This document shows, piece after piece, positions 45,381 to 60,990 of a DNA stretch of 64,000 bases. The stretch is from the NCBI GenBank assembly GCA_048013815.1, contig CM106585.1:4650001-4714000 (forward strand), written 5' to 3'. A model generated the notes under the pieces. The model saw only the letters and a list, made by a program, of their open reading frames with translations. It did no database searches and had not been told where the DNA came from. This DNA is from Setoptus koraiensis (taxonomy: Eukaryota > Animalia > Arthropoda). The translations under genes were made by a program, and so were the position numbers. Numbering within the stretch: the stretch's first letter is position 1; each line of letters starts with the position of its first letter.

Positions 45381-48300
45381 AATCCCCCACCCACCCCCAC
45401 CCCCCCCCCCCACCCAAATTCAATACTATCCCATTCCTCCTCTCCCTTCCACTTTTAACACCACCCACATCACTCCCCCCCCCACAACATTCTCATACTC
45501 TTTTTCTCATCACACTCACATTCATCCTTCCACCTTACACCCACACCATCACATCTCAATCCCACTACCACCCCAAACACCCTCCCTCCCCACAACTAAC
45601 ACCTCCCATAAATTAAAATTCAACCTCAACCCTATCCCTTAAACAAAAACACCCGCTCCTTTCCCAAATCTATCATAGCCAACTATCACCCCTCCCCATC
45701 CCACTCTCATCCATTAACACCATACCCAACAACCCACCCTTCTCTTCAACCACATAACTTTCTCCACCAAAATCCATTTACCCAAATATCTTAAAATCTA
45801 CAACATCATATACAAACCCAAACTAACACCACAATTATCCTCCCATAACCACTTCATCACCCTAATACTACACCCCACTTAATAACACACCCTATAATAC
45901 AATACACCTCATCCACTCCAAATCCAACTTCTATCTAATCTAACCCAATACCTCCTCAAATCCCCATTCAATATATCTCACAAACATTATACACATTTCC
46001 CACCCACAACTCCACCACACCACAACACCCCCTCTTTCCATTCCCTACCTATAAATACAACACCATAATATCAATCCCCAATTCCCAATCCTCCCCCCCC
46101 ATCCTCCCAAAATAAATCTACACATCCCTCTATTTTTCCTCAAACCCTCCAACATTCCCCCACAAATCTCCCTCCCAACCAACACAAACCTAATTCCCTA
46201 CCATAAATCCACACAATATAAACTCCATTCACATTTTTCCTAAAATATTCCACTACATAAATCTCCAACAACACCAATCAACCCTCATACCTACACCCTC
46301 AACTAAACCCCCCAACAAAATCATAACCAACTCTCAATCCAATTACCCTCCCCTCTAACTCCACTTATCACATACCCATTTTCATCACATTCTCCTAACA
46401 AATCTCACACCATTATCACAACCTCAACCAATCCTATCCAAAAATCAATTCAATATTAAAACATTCAACCACTCCAAAATTACCACCCCCATTAACCACC
46501 AAATCCCACTTCACTCTTAACTCCTAAACACAACAATACCTTAACCTCCACCTTTTTTACATAATAAAAAAAACCCCCACCCCCCACATCCCATCCACCT
46601 CACATATTAATAAATTACTCCACACCCACCCCCCAACCCATAATAAACACACCCCCCTCCCAACCATAATCTACCCTCCCCCAATTCCCCCCATACACAT
46701 AAAAAACAAACAACATCAACAATCCACAAAAAACTAACCATCAATCTCATAAAATAATAATTCACTCCCATTTAATATTACTATCAAAAACAACCTCAAT
46801 CAAACTACAACATTCACACATAATACAAAATATTAAACTCTAACCTAGACCATCTAACATCAAACACCTCTCAACCAATTAAAAAATTTAAAACCATCAC
46901 CCCAACCATTAAATAATACTATTCCCCCTACAAAAACAACAAACAACCCTTACCATTCCAATATCTTTCAACCACAATTCCAACTCTCACATATTCCAAC
47001 CCCACCACTCCCCAAAAATAAACCAATCATATCATTTCTCTCATTCCAATTACTTCCATATACAATATAACATATAAACCCATTATCAAAAAATCTTACA
47101 ACACCAACAACATATAATGAACATATCTAGAGATTATAAAATTAAAAACCCACAATCCAACCAAACTTCTTAACATCAACTCACTCATCTAATCAAAATT
47201 TAATACAAACACAACAAAACTTCAAACAAATTTCAAACATACTCATAATTTACATCCATCTAACAAAAACTATCAACACAACAAAATCCATATTTCCCAC
47301 AAAAAAATATACCATCTATCTTAATATAAACCAAATCTCCCCACATATACACCCACCTATAATACAACTACAACAACCTCACACCCCTCATTTTCCCCCA
47401 ACTAAACATACCCTCATCTTCTATCCACCAACACATATAACACCATACAAAACACTTCTTTTTTAACCAAAACCACTATTATCTCACCCACACAAAAACC
47501 AACAATAATCCACAAAAATTCAACAACCCCCTCACTTCAACACAATACTAATAAACAACAAACAACCCCACACCTCATACACACAACTATCTAAACCTCC
47601 ATCATTTAATAATCATCTAACATACTCCTCATAACTACTAAATAAAAAAAACTAAAGAATACAATATCTTCAATAGAACAAATTATTCCTACAATTAAAT
47701 ATTAAATCACACCAAAAATCTAATCTACACATCCCCCCTTTCTATAAACTACTAATCAATTAAAAATTATTTCAAATCTAATCATAAGACCAGTAATAAA
47801 CCACAAAACAACTATTTACCCACCACCACCACCATATTAAATCCATTATAAACACTTCATCCACCTAACCTCATCTACTTCATCCCAAATTACCCACTCC
47901 CCTCATCAAACAACACTTCCCCATTCCAAAATCACTCTCCTCACTTAACACCCATTTACTAAAACTCAACACCACCTAAAACCCTTTATCCCCACTACCT
48001 CACCCACATCACTCTCCTCCTCTTTACCTAAATCCACTCAAAACCCCATATAAATCAAAAACACTTCAATCACCTCCCCTACCTCCACCCCCCCCCTACT
48101 CACATTCCCACATTTCTCCCCATCCTTTCACCAACCCCAACCACCAACTAAATAACCACCAACAACCAAAAACCCCTAATAAAAACAAAAATACAAATTC
48201 CCCTCATTCCCAACCCCACCACTATCTCCCAGATCAACAACTATACTGCCATACTACACACAAACAATCTCTTTCAATCATTAACACAAAAACTCAATAT

Positions 48301-51300
48301 AAACCACTCTCCACCATCCAACTCCCTAAACCAACCAATACATATCCCACAAATCAAAATCCCCACTAATAACCTACACCAAACCCCACAAACATATATC
48401 CAATAACTTCAAAAAATCCACTTTTCCACACCCACCCATTCCACCTCACCAAATCCCAACCACCACCCATACCCCCTTTATCAAACCCTACTAATCACTC
48501 AAACCCTCCCACACCAAAATAATTCAAACCTAATTCACTACAAGTTCTTCTAACGTATCTAGTTTAACTCCAATCACTATAAATTCTATCCACTTTTCTA
48601 ATTACAAACACTATCTTTACAAAAATATCAATTTTATTAACATTTAAAACTAATTCATTCCTTCTCACAAACAACATACACCCACACACACACAAAACAC
48701 ACACTAATAATAATTATCTTATCACATACACAAATATCCATCTCACCATCCATCCACCAAAAACCTACCCCCAAAATCACAAAAATACCCCAATCAACAA
48801 TCAATATCCCTAATACACCCCCAATCTTCACTACCTCCCTCCACAAACACACTTCCACACTCAAAATTACTAACCCTACACAACTAATCCCATTATTTTA
48901 CTCTAAAATCTTTCCTTACCCTAATCAACAACCAATAAATCAACAACCCAACATCCAACTCATCCACCCCCAATCCCCTCCCACTAAAACCATCATCACC
49001 ACCCAATATTACCCCTCTATCTAAACCCTACCCATCCAACCTCAAAATCACCACAACTACTCTCTAAACACCACTCAACACTTCACACATCCTCCAAACA
49101 TCCCTCACAACAACTACACTCCACCTCACCCTATAACCACATTTAAAAATCTAAAAAATCCCCATCCCCCTATTCCCCATCTCCTATTCCCCTACATCAC
49201 AACTACATCCCAACAAAACAACCAATTTACAAACCACCATAAATCCAAAATCCAAAACAAAATTAATCAATACTTAATACCTACCACTCATTCAACCCTC
49301 AATACCTTTTCTTTCCCTTAAACTCAATCTATCTATCACTTCACTATCATACTCCCCCTTAAATTCACAAACTCCAACTCCATCTCCTCAAATACACAAA
49401 TTTCCCTAACTCTCCTCCACTCACTTAAAATTCTTTAAAACCCCCATTAATAACTCCATTATCCATCAACAACACCCCCATCATCACACCTATACATCTA
49501 CCATACAATCCAATCCCACAAAAAACCTATTAAAATCACTACACACTCCCCCACATCACTATCTCCACATCCCATTATAAACAAAACCTCTACACTACAC
49601 TTCATCTCAAACCACCCATATTTTCCCCCTCTCAAACACAACAATAACACTCACACCCACCCACCACCACACCTCTTCACACCTCACCTTCACCCACTCT
49701 ACATACTACTACTATAACTCCTACTATATTACTACTCCCTCAAACCCCATCCACTCTTTCATTATCACATTCTCCCATCAAACCCCCCCACCATTATCCT
49801 CAAATTTCTCACTCACATCCCTCCTCATTCTCACTATCATCACCCCTCTCAATTATAAACATCAAAACCACTTTCCACCATATACAATAAATTCACATAA
49901 CCACCACCAACATCCCCCTATCTATAAACCCCTCAAAATCTCCCAATACACCCTACACTTCCTACACCTTCCATACCCCTCCCTCCTCACCACACCCCTC
50001 ATAACTTTCTCCTCCAATCCCCAACCATCCTCACACACTCCACTCTCTTCTAATCCCTCCCCTCTCTCACCACAACTACACCACCTCCTTACCTCCATAT
50101 CCTACCAAAACCCCCAACCCCTTACTCACCTCCCTCACCTCAAACATCCTCACCACCCATACCAATCCCACCACCACAATTCATCTCCTCATCCCATCCT
50201 TACTCCTTCCATCCCCCACCAAACACAAATATACATATCTCCTCAACTCTTACAAATCAACCCCCAACTACACAATCCTCCCAACCTCCCTACAATTCCT
50301 CAATTCCAATACACACATACCCACATCAACCACAACTCCTTACTCACCCTCTTTCAACACTAACTCATCAACCCCTTTCAAATCACACACACTCCTCCCA
50401 AACCACCAAACACCACACCACCCAAATACACCACCATCACCACACTCCATACCACTCATCCACTAACTCACCCACCTCACCACTCCCAAACCAAAATTTC
50501 AAAAACCAACACCCCAAACAAAATTACAAATTACAAAACACACCATAATAATTAAACACAACACCCTTCCACCCCATAATCAAATCCCTATCTACTTATC
50601 ATTTTTACCCACACCCACCCATCTCACAAATTAAAACAACCCTATCCCTCCACACCCCATCACCCCAACAACTATCAAACCCATCAACACTAAAACAACA
50701 CCCAACTCATCCATTCCACACCCACTCCCACCCCCACCCCTTAATCAATCCATCCCCACACATCATTCACAACCCCCCTAACACACACTAAACCATCTTC
50801 CACATTCCCTCATTATAAAACCCAAACCATATCACTCACTCCCCTCCAATAAATCCACAAATAAACTTCAAATCCCTCCATACTACCACAACATCCCTCT
50901 CCTTAACAACCCCCCCCTCATCCCAACCAAACTTCCCCTCTCCCTCTAACAAACCCAACTCATCTCCAATACAAAAAACACCCTCACAAAACATCACCAA
51001 TTACTCCAAATCACACAATCACTCACCCCCCCCAAAAACCATAATAAAATAACCCAACCAATACCACCATACACTCTCAACTACCAACATAATCCAAACC
51101 CATACAAACACTATATCATAACACCACCACTCATACTCCACCAATCCCACAAACTAACCAATAAATCCTCCCACCACAACCCAATCACTACAATCACCCC
51201 ACCCTATCTACACCCCACTAAATCACACCACATACAACAAATCATCCTAAAAAAATCACTAACAACATCCCATATATCCCACCACTACCACCACACTAAC

Positions 51301-54300
51301 CAATCAATCCTACAATCACTCACTACCCACAAAATAACCACATACCTACAATTACTCAAAACCAAAATTAATTCTCACACTTACCTCTCCTTCTTTCTAA
51401 CTCTCACTCCCTAACCACAAACAATCTCTTCCAACCACCCCCATCACAACTAATAATATTAAACACCTAACATACTTACACACATACACAAACACTCAAC
51501 TCACAAACCACAATCACACACCACATCCACTCCTCACACAAAATACATATCTCTCAATCAATCTCCTTCAACACAAAAAAACCCACACCCACCAAAATCA
51601 ACTAACACATCACCCCACCCACCACACAAAACACCCAATCAACACTCCTCAATCTATCTAAACTACACAATCACCTACACCCCACACAACCACACATCAC
51701 TTCCACCCCACACCCCCCACCCCCCCACCACAACCCCTCCCACAAACAACCAAACCCCCCACACCCCCAACCCCACAACACACCCCCCCACCCAACACCC
51801 ACCTACACCACCCAACAACCCCAACCACCCCCACATCCCACAAACACAACCACACCCCCCAAACCCACAACACTCCCCCCCAACACCCCACCCAAAACTC
51901 ACACAACCACACCCCCACCCCCACAACACCCACCACCCCACAACCACCCACCCAAACCACCCCCCACCTCACACCCACACCACCCCCCCACACACCATAA
52001 CACCACCCAAACACAAACCACCCACCACCCACAAACCACCCAACCCCCCACACCATCCCCCCTCACAACCACAACACCACCACCACATACATCCCCACCA
52101 CCCCACAACTCCACACCATACCCACCACACCCCACCCAAACATCCTACACCACACAACACCCCATCACCCCAATCCAACCTCACCCCCCCACACCCAACA
52201 ACAAACACCACACCATACACCCCAAACCCACAACACCCCCCACAAAATCACCACACCCCAACACCACACCAACACCACCACAACAAAAATCCAACACCAC
52301 ATCCCCACAAACACACCCAAACACAAATCCCCAAACACCAAACACCCACCCAACAACACCACCACACCCCCAACAAACCACCAACACCCCACACCCAACA
52401 ACCACCCCCACCAACCCACACCACAACACCACAACACCCAACAACACCACCAACACAAACCCACCCACCCAAACAACAAAACCAACAACACATCCAACAC
52501 CCCAACACACAACCCCAACACAAACACCACCCCACACCCACAAAAACCACCACAAAACCCACACCCCCACCCCAACACACAACCCCCCAAACACCCAACC
52601 CACACACAAACACCCAAACAAAACCACACACCACACCCAACCCCACAACCACCCCACCCACACAACAACCCCAAACCACCCCAAAACCCACACCAAACCC
52701 AACACCACAACACCACCACAAACAAACACCCACCACCCCCACAACCCACCCCCAAACCCACACAAACCACCAACACCCACCACACAAACACCCACCCCAA
52801 CACCACCCAACAAAACAACACAACACACACCCCACCACAACACCACCCAACCACCACAACCCCCCACAACCCACACCCACCACAACACAACACCACCACA
52901 CAAACCACAAACCCCCCACCCCACCCCAACAACACCACAACCCCCACACACCCCCACACCACAAACAACCCACCAACAACCCCCCCACCAACCACAACAC
53001 CAACACCCAACACCCCACAACACACCCCCAACCCCCACCACCACCCCACCACCACAACCACACACCACAAACCCCCACACAACACACCAAACCCCCCCCA
53101 CCCCACCACCCACCAACACCACACACACCACCCCACCCCCACAACCCCCCCACCACACCCAACCACACCCCACCAACACCCCCACCAACCACACAACACC
53201 CACACACCACACCCCCCACCCACCCCACACAACCCCACCACAACAACAAACACCACACCCCCAAACACCCACCACCACACCCACCAACCCCCACAACACC
53301 ACCAACACACACCAACCCCACACCCACAACACCACCCCCCAACACCCACCCCAACACCACCCACACACCCACCCCACCACAACACCCCAACACCCCACAC
53401 CACACAACCCACACCCCACAACACCCACCACCCCCCCAACACCACCACACCACAAACCACCCCCACCCACAACACCCCACCACAACCACCCCACCCACAC
53501 CACCAACACAACCACAACCCCCACCACAACACCCCACAACCCACCCACACCACACCCCCCACCACAACACCCACCACAACACCCAACACACACCCCCCAA
53601 CCACCCCCACAACCCCCCCCACCCCACCACAAACAACACACCACCCCCAACACCACCCACCCCCCACCCCCACCAACACCAACACCACCCACCCCCACAC
53701 CCCCACCCACCCCACACCCACCCCAACACCAACAACCCACACACCAACACCCCCCACAACCCCCCCAACCCCCCACCCCCCACCACCCCCACACAACACC
53801 CCACCACACACCACCACCAACCCCCACAACCCACACCCACACCCCACACCCCCACAAACCCCCCACCACCCACACCACCCACAAACACACCAACACCCCA
53901 CCCCACCACCCCACACCACCCCCACCCACCACACCACCACCCCCACACCACACACCACCCACAACCCCCAACACCCCCCCACCCACCCCACCACCACCCA
54001 CACACCCCACCCCACCAACACCAACACCACCAACACCACCCCACCACCACCACCCACACCCCACCAACACCCACCCCCAACAACACCACACACCACCACC
54101 ACCAAACACCCCCACACCAACCCACACCCCCCACCCCACACCCACCAACACCAACCCCCCACAACCCCACACACACCACCCCACCCCACCACACCCAACA
54201 CCACCCCCACACCACAACCCCCCAACACCACCCCACCACCACACCCACCCACCCCCCCACCACCCCCACCCCACCCCACCACAACACCCCAACCCCCACC

Positions 54301-57300
54301 ACACCACACCCCCAACCCCCCCACCCCCCCACCAAACACAACACCACCACACCACACCACCCACAACACCCACAACCCCACCCCCCAACACCCCCCCACA
54401 CCCCCCACCACAACCAACCACCCAACACACCCACACAACCCCCACACACCCCCACCCCACACAAACACCCACCACCCCCACAAACACCACACCACCCACA
54501 CCCCCACACCCACCCCCCCACCCCACCCCACCAACACCACCCACACCCCCACACCCACAACCCCACACCCCCACACCCCCCCACCACCACCCCCCAACAC
54601 CACCACAACCACCACCCCACACACCCCACCCCCCACAACCCCCACCACACAAACCACCCCACACACCCCACACACCCCACACACCACCACCCACCACAAC
54701 CCCCCCCACACCACCCACCCCCCCACACCCACCCAACACCACACAACCACCCCACACCCCCACACCCCCCCCACCCCCAACCACCACCAACAACACCACA
54801 CACCCCCCAACCCCACCACACCCCACCCCACCACCACAACACACCCACACCCCACCCCCCCAACCCACACCAACACCCCCACCCACCCACCCAACAACAC
54901 CCACAAACCACCCACCCCCCCACACCCCACCACCACCACCCCCCCCACCACCCCACACACCCACCAACACCCCCCAACACCACACCCACCACACCAACCC
55001 CCCCAACCCCCACCCCCACAACCACACACAACACCACCCACCCCCCAACACCCACCACCCACCCCCCCCAAACCCCCACACCCACCACCACACCCCACAC
55101 ACCCCCACCACACCCACCCCCCACCACCCCACACCACACCACCCACCCCCACCACCCCCCACCCACACCCCACACACCCCCCCACCACACCCAACCACCA
55201 CACCACCCACACCCCCCCACCCAACCCACCACCCACACCCCCCAACCAACCCCCACCCACACCCCACCCCCCCCCAACCCCACCCCACCCCCAACCCACC
55301 CACCACAACAACACCCCACCACACCACACAACCCCCCACCCCCCCACCCCCCACCACACCCACACCCACCAACCCCCACCACACCCACACCCCCCCACCC
55401 ACCCCCCCACCACCAACACCACCACACCCACACCCAACACCCCCACCCCACCCCCCACCCCCCACCACCCCCCCCCAACCACCCACACCCCACCCCCACA
55501 CCACCCCAACCACCCACCCCACAACACCACCCCCCCACCAACCCCCACCCACACAACCACCCCACAACACACCACCCCCCCACACCCCCCACCCCCCCAC
55601 CCCCCACACCACACCCACACCCACCCCACACCCACCCCCCCCCCACACCCCACCCCCACCCCCCCACCCCACCAACACCACCACCACAACCCCACCAACC
55701 CCACCCCCCCCACCCCCCCACCCCCCCCCACCCAACACCCCACCCCCACCCACCCCCCCCACCACCACCCAAACCACCACCCCCCCCCCCCCCACCCCCC
55801 CCAACCCCCCACACCACCACCCCCCACCCACCCCCACCACACCACCCCCACCCCCACACCACCCCCCCACCCAAACCACAACACCAACCACCCCCCAACC
55901 CCCCACCCCACCCCCCCACCCCACACCCACCCCCCACCCCACCACACCCCACCCCCCCCACCACCCAACACCCCCACACCCCCCCACCCCCCCCCACCCC
56001 CCCACCACCCCAACACCACCCACACCCCCACCACCAACCCCCCCACACACACCCACACCACCCCCCCACCCCCCCCCCACCCACCACCCCCACCACACAC
56101 ACACCCCCCACCCACACCCCCCCACCCACCAACCCACCACCCCACCCCCCCCCCACCACCCCCCCACCCACACCCCCCCCACCAACACCACCACACCACC
56201 ACCCACACCCCCACCCCCCCCACCCCCCCCACCCCCCACCACAACCACCACCCAACCCCCCACACCCCCCACCCCCCCCACACCCCCACCCACCCCCACC
56301 CACCACCCCCCACACACCACCCCACACCCCCACCCCCACCCACAACACCACACCACACCCACCCCACCAACCCCCCACCCCCCCCCCACCCCCCCCCCAC
56401 CCCACCACCCCCACCCCCCCACCCCCACCCCCACCCCCACCCCCCCACCCCCCCCCCCACCACCCACCCACCCCCCCCCCACCCCCACCCCCACCCCCCC
56501 CCCCCCCACCACCCCCACACCACCCCCACCCCCCCCCACACCACCCCACCCCCCCCACCCCAAACCACCCCCCCCACCCCCCACCCCCCCCCCACCCCCC
56601 CACCCACACCACACCCCCCCCACACCCCCCCACACCCCCACCCCAACACCCCACCCCCCCCACACCCCCCCCACCCCCACCCCCACCACCCCCCCACCCC
56701 ACCCCCACCCACCCCCCCCACCCCCCACACCCCACCACCCCACACCACCACACCCCCCCCACCCCACCACCCCACCACCACACCCCACCCCCCCCCCACC
56801 CCCACACACACCACCCCCCACCACACCCCCACCCCCCCACCACCCCCCCCACCCCACCCCCCACCACCCCCCCACCCACCCCCACCCCCCCACCCCCACC
56901 CCCCAACCCACCCCCCACCCCCCCCACACCCACCCCCCCCACCCCCCCACCCCCCCACCCCCACCACCCCCCCACCCACACCCCACCCCCCCCACCACCC
57001 CCCCACCCCCCCACCCCACCCCACCACCCCCACCCCCACACCCCACCCCCCCCCCACCACCCCCACACCCCCACCACACCACCCCACCCCCCCACACCCC
57101 CACCCCACACCCCCCCCCCACCACCACCCCCCACACCCACCCCACCCCCCCACCACCCCCCCACCACCCCCCACCCCCCCCACACCCCACCACCCCCCCA
57201 CCCACCCCCCCACCCACAACCACCCCCCCACCCCCCCCCCACCCCCCCCACCCCCCCACCACCACCCCACACCCCCCACCCCCCACCCCCACACCACCCC

Positions 57301-59085
57301 ACCACACCCCACCCCCCCACACCACCCCCCCCCACCCCCCCCCCACCCCCCCCCCACCACCCCCCCCCCACCCACCACCCCCCACCCCCCCCCCACCCCC
57401 CCACCACCCCACCCCCCCACCCCCACCCCCCCCCCACCCCCCACCCACACACACCCCCACCACCCCCACCCCCCCCCCCCCCACCCCCCCCACCACCCAC
57501 ACCACCCCCACCACCCACCCCCCCCCACCCCCCCACCCCCACCCACCACCCCACCCCCCCCACCCCCCCCACCCCACCACCCCCCCCACACCCCCCCCCC
57601 ACCACACCCCCCCCACCCACCCCCCACCCCCCCCCACCCCCACACCACCCCACCCCACCCCCCACCACCCCACCACCACCCCCCCACCCACCCCCCCCAC
57701 CCCCCCACCACCCCCCCCCACCCCCCCCACCCCACCACCCCCCCCACCACCCCCCCCCCACACCACCACCCCCCACCCCCCCACCCACCCCCCCCACCCC
57801 CACCACACCACCCCCCCACCCACCCCCACACCCCCCACCCCCCACCCCCCCCCCCCACCCCCCACCCCCCCACCCCCCCCACCCCCCCCCACCACCCGCC
57901 CACCCCCACACCCCCCCCCACCCCCCCACCCCCCCCACCCCCACCCAACACCACCCCCCCACCACCCACCCCCACCACCACCACCCCCCCACCCCCCCCA
58001 CCCCCCCACACCCCCCCCACCCCCCCACCCGCTGACCCCCCCCACCCCCCACCCCACCCCACCACCACACCCCCACCCCCCCCACCCACCCCCCCCCCAC
58101 ACCCCCACCACCCCCACACCCACCCCACCCAGCCCCCCCCCACCCACCACACACCCACCCCCACCCCCCCCACCCCACCCCCCCCCACCCCACCCCACAC
58201 CCCCACCCCCCCCACCCCCCCCCCACACCCCACACCCCCCCCCCACCACCCCCACACCCCCCACCCCCCACCCACCCCCCCCCCACCCACCCCCCCACCC
58301 CCCACCCCCCCACCCACCCCCCACCACCCCCCCCACCCCCCCCACCCCACCCACCCCACCCCCACCACCCCCCCACACCACCCCCCCCACCCCCCCCACC
58401 CCCCCCACCCACCCAAACACAACCCCACCCCCCCACCCCCCCCACCCCCCCACCCCCCCACACCCCCCCACCCACCCCCCACCCCCCACCCCCACCCCCA
58501 CCCCCCCCCCACGCCCCCCCCCCCCCCCCCACACACCACCCCCCCCCCACCCACACACACCCCCACCCACCCCCCCCCCACACCCCCCCCACCCCCCCCC
58601 CACCCCCCCCCCCCCCCCCACCACACCCCACCCCCCACACCCACCCCCCCCCACCCCCCCCCCACCACCCCACCACCCACCACCCCACCCCCCCCCCACC
58701 CCCCCCCCCCCCCCACCCCCCCCCACCCCCCCCCCACCCCCACCCCCCCCCCACCGCCCCCACAAACCACCCCCACCCACACACAACCCCCCACCCCTCC
58801 CCCCCCAACCCCCCCCCCCCCCCCCCCCCAAACCCCCACCCCCCCCCCCCACCCCCCCACCACCACCCCCACCCCCACCCCACCCCCCACCCCCCACCCC
58901 CCCCCACACCACCCCCCCACCCACCCCACACCCCCCCCCCCCCCCCCACCCCACCCCCACCCCCCCACACCCCCCCCACCACCCCCCCCCCACCCACCCC
59001 CACCCCCCCCCCACCCCCCCCACACCCCCCACACAAAAAACACCCCCACCACCCCCCCCCCACCCCCCCCCCACCCCCCCACCCC
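45381..59085. other. 13.7-kb aperiodic C/A-rich tract with a compositional gradient; probable sequencing/assembly artefact
   Basis: G almost disappears abruptly at about 45,380; T fades out by about 52,500; A then declines toward C-runs at the gap edge. There is no repeat unit and the tract cuts a conserved gene. Confidence 0.8.
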
Positions 59086-59585
59086 NNNNNNNNNNNNNNN
59101 NNNNNNNNNNNNNNNNNNNNNNNNNNNNNNNNNNNNNNNNNNNNNNNNNNNNNNNNNNNNNNNNNNNNNNNNNNNNNNNNNNNNNNNNNNNNNNNNNNNN
59201 NNNNNNNNNNNNNNNNNNNNNNNNNNNNNNNNNNNNNNNNNNNNNNNNNNNNNNNNNNNNNNNNNNNNNNNNNNNNNNNNNNNNNNNNNNNNNNNNNNNN
59301 NNNNNNNNNNNNNNNNNNNNNNNNNNNNNNNNNNNNNNNNNNNNNNNNNNNNNNNNNNNNNNNNNNNNNNNNNNNNNNNNNNNNNNNNNNNNNNNNNNNN
59401 NNNNNNNNNNNNNNNNNNNNNNNNNNNNNNNNNNNNNNNNNNNNNNNNNNNNNNNNNNNNNNNNNNNNNNNNNNNNNNNNNNNNNNNNNNNNNNNNNNNN
59501 NNNNNNNNNNNNNNNNNNNNNNNNNNNNNNNNNNNNNNNNNNNNNNNNNNNNNNNNNNNNNNNNNNNNNNNNNNNNNNNNNNNNN
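59086..59585. other. Assembly gap (500 N)
   Basis: Run of N. Confidence 1.
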
Positions 59586-59586
59586 C

Positions 59587-60672
59587 TCGCTCGACAATAG
59601 ATGGTTGTTAGATCATCAGCGCAGTGAGCCAGCGCATACGAGCGTAGATCACAGGCTGTTGCGTCATATAAATCGAGCTCGCCAGCGGTATGCGGCCGCG
59701 GCACCAACGGCGACAGCACCAACAGAATCGGGCAACTTGAGCCAACAGCAGCAACTGTCATGGGGACTGTCGTCGTCACTGTCACGAGTTGATAATATCG
59801 ACTCGGGCAACATCAGCGCCAGTGCTTTATGGCGTCACACTGGCCCCACACTACAATATCCGTGGGCCTGTCGCGCGTCGTCGGCGCTAGGCGACTACTA
59901 CGGCGCTTCCGACACTGACCGTTACCATACCGCCCGCTACAGCGGCCAGATGCAATATGCAAACAACAAATTCAATGACAACATTCGTTTGCAGCGCCAC
60001 TCACCTGAGCGATTCTCGTACTCCATCCCGTACAGCGACAACAACAGCGCCGGCAGCAACATCAGAGCAACAACGCTGCAGAAACAATTGAGCGCCGGTC
60101 ATCACCATCGTCACAATTACGATAATGGCGCCGACAATTGGCCAGCGCTCCTACGCCGCTCCTCCTGTGACGCAACCACCGAAATGCAGGCCATTCTTTG
60201 TCGCCGGGGCGCACGCTCAAATTCGCAACAGCTCCACGGGCATGGCCACAACATTGCCGGCAGCATTATCGGACACAACAACGCCAGTTACGACACTAAC
60301 GCCAGCTACGACAACAACGCCAGTTACGACAACGTCGGCCAGCAGCGGCGCCCCAATAGCAATAATTCCGACAAGCATGATAATAATAATTACCAGTCTA
60401 GATATCCGTCGCAAGCGGCAGCGCAACACGAAACGGCCGAATCAACTATTAGTCTTCCAAACAATATTTTAGTTTCTTCTTCTAATGATGCCAACAACAG
60501 AAACAGTGCAACTTTCAACACGCCGCGACAATTGTTAGATGCCTCGACTGGCCACAACGACAACAAATACAGCAGAACAACAAATAACGCGCAAACACTA
60601 TCGCTGTCTGACCAAATACAGCAGCAATTGAAATCATTTTCGGCCGCCGGCCAGTCGAATCCCGTTCGCAAG
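59587..60672 (+). CDS. Probable internal coding exon of an unidentified low-complexity (N/Q/S/H-rich) protein
   Basis: The frame is open from the gap edge for about 1.08 kb and ends at a good donor AAG|GTGAGC (60673). Beyond it the ORF turns into F/R-rich minisatellite translation. Confidence 0.55.
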
Positions 60673-60824
60673 GTGAGCACTCTCTTTTTCTCTGCAACCC
60701 ACTCCTCCTTTTTTGCGCCGCTAATTGTTTCTGCTGCCAACTGTTTCGAAATCTTTTTTCCGATCCGATCCACTTTTCGGACCAGAATTTCGCCATACCA
60801 CTTTTCTGTAATTTTTCGGGAAGC

Positions 60825-60990
60825 GCTAGCTCTTCGCCGCGGGTTTCTTTTTCCGCCACGGATTTCGTTTGTCGCCGCGATTTTCTTTTTTCGTCGCTAG
60901 TTCCTTTTTTCGCCGCTAGTTTCTTTTTTCGCCGCGGGTTTCTTTTTTCGCCACGGGTTTCGTTTGTCGGCGCGAGTTTCCTTTTTCGGC
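60825..60990. repeat. ~19-bp minisatellite (TTCTTTTTTCGCCGCGGGT), ~8 units
   Basis: Imperfect tandem units in the putative intron. Confidence 0.85.

Noticed and set aside
52500-59085. Resemblance to irregular yeast-like C(1-3)A telomeric DNA
   Set aside because: No repeat unit, C-runs exceed 10, the composition drifts continuously, and the tract starts inside a conserved gene. An artefact is more parsimonious.
52165-59785. Three giant minus-strand ORFs (2305-2534 aa, Gly/Val/Trp/Cys-rich)
   Set aside because: The minus strand here has almost no A, so stop codons cannot occur; all three frames are open and two run through the N gap. Not genes.
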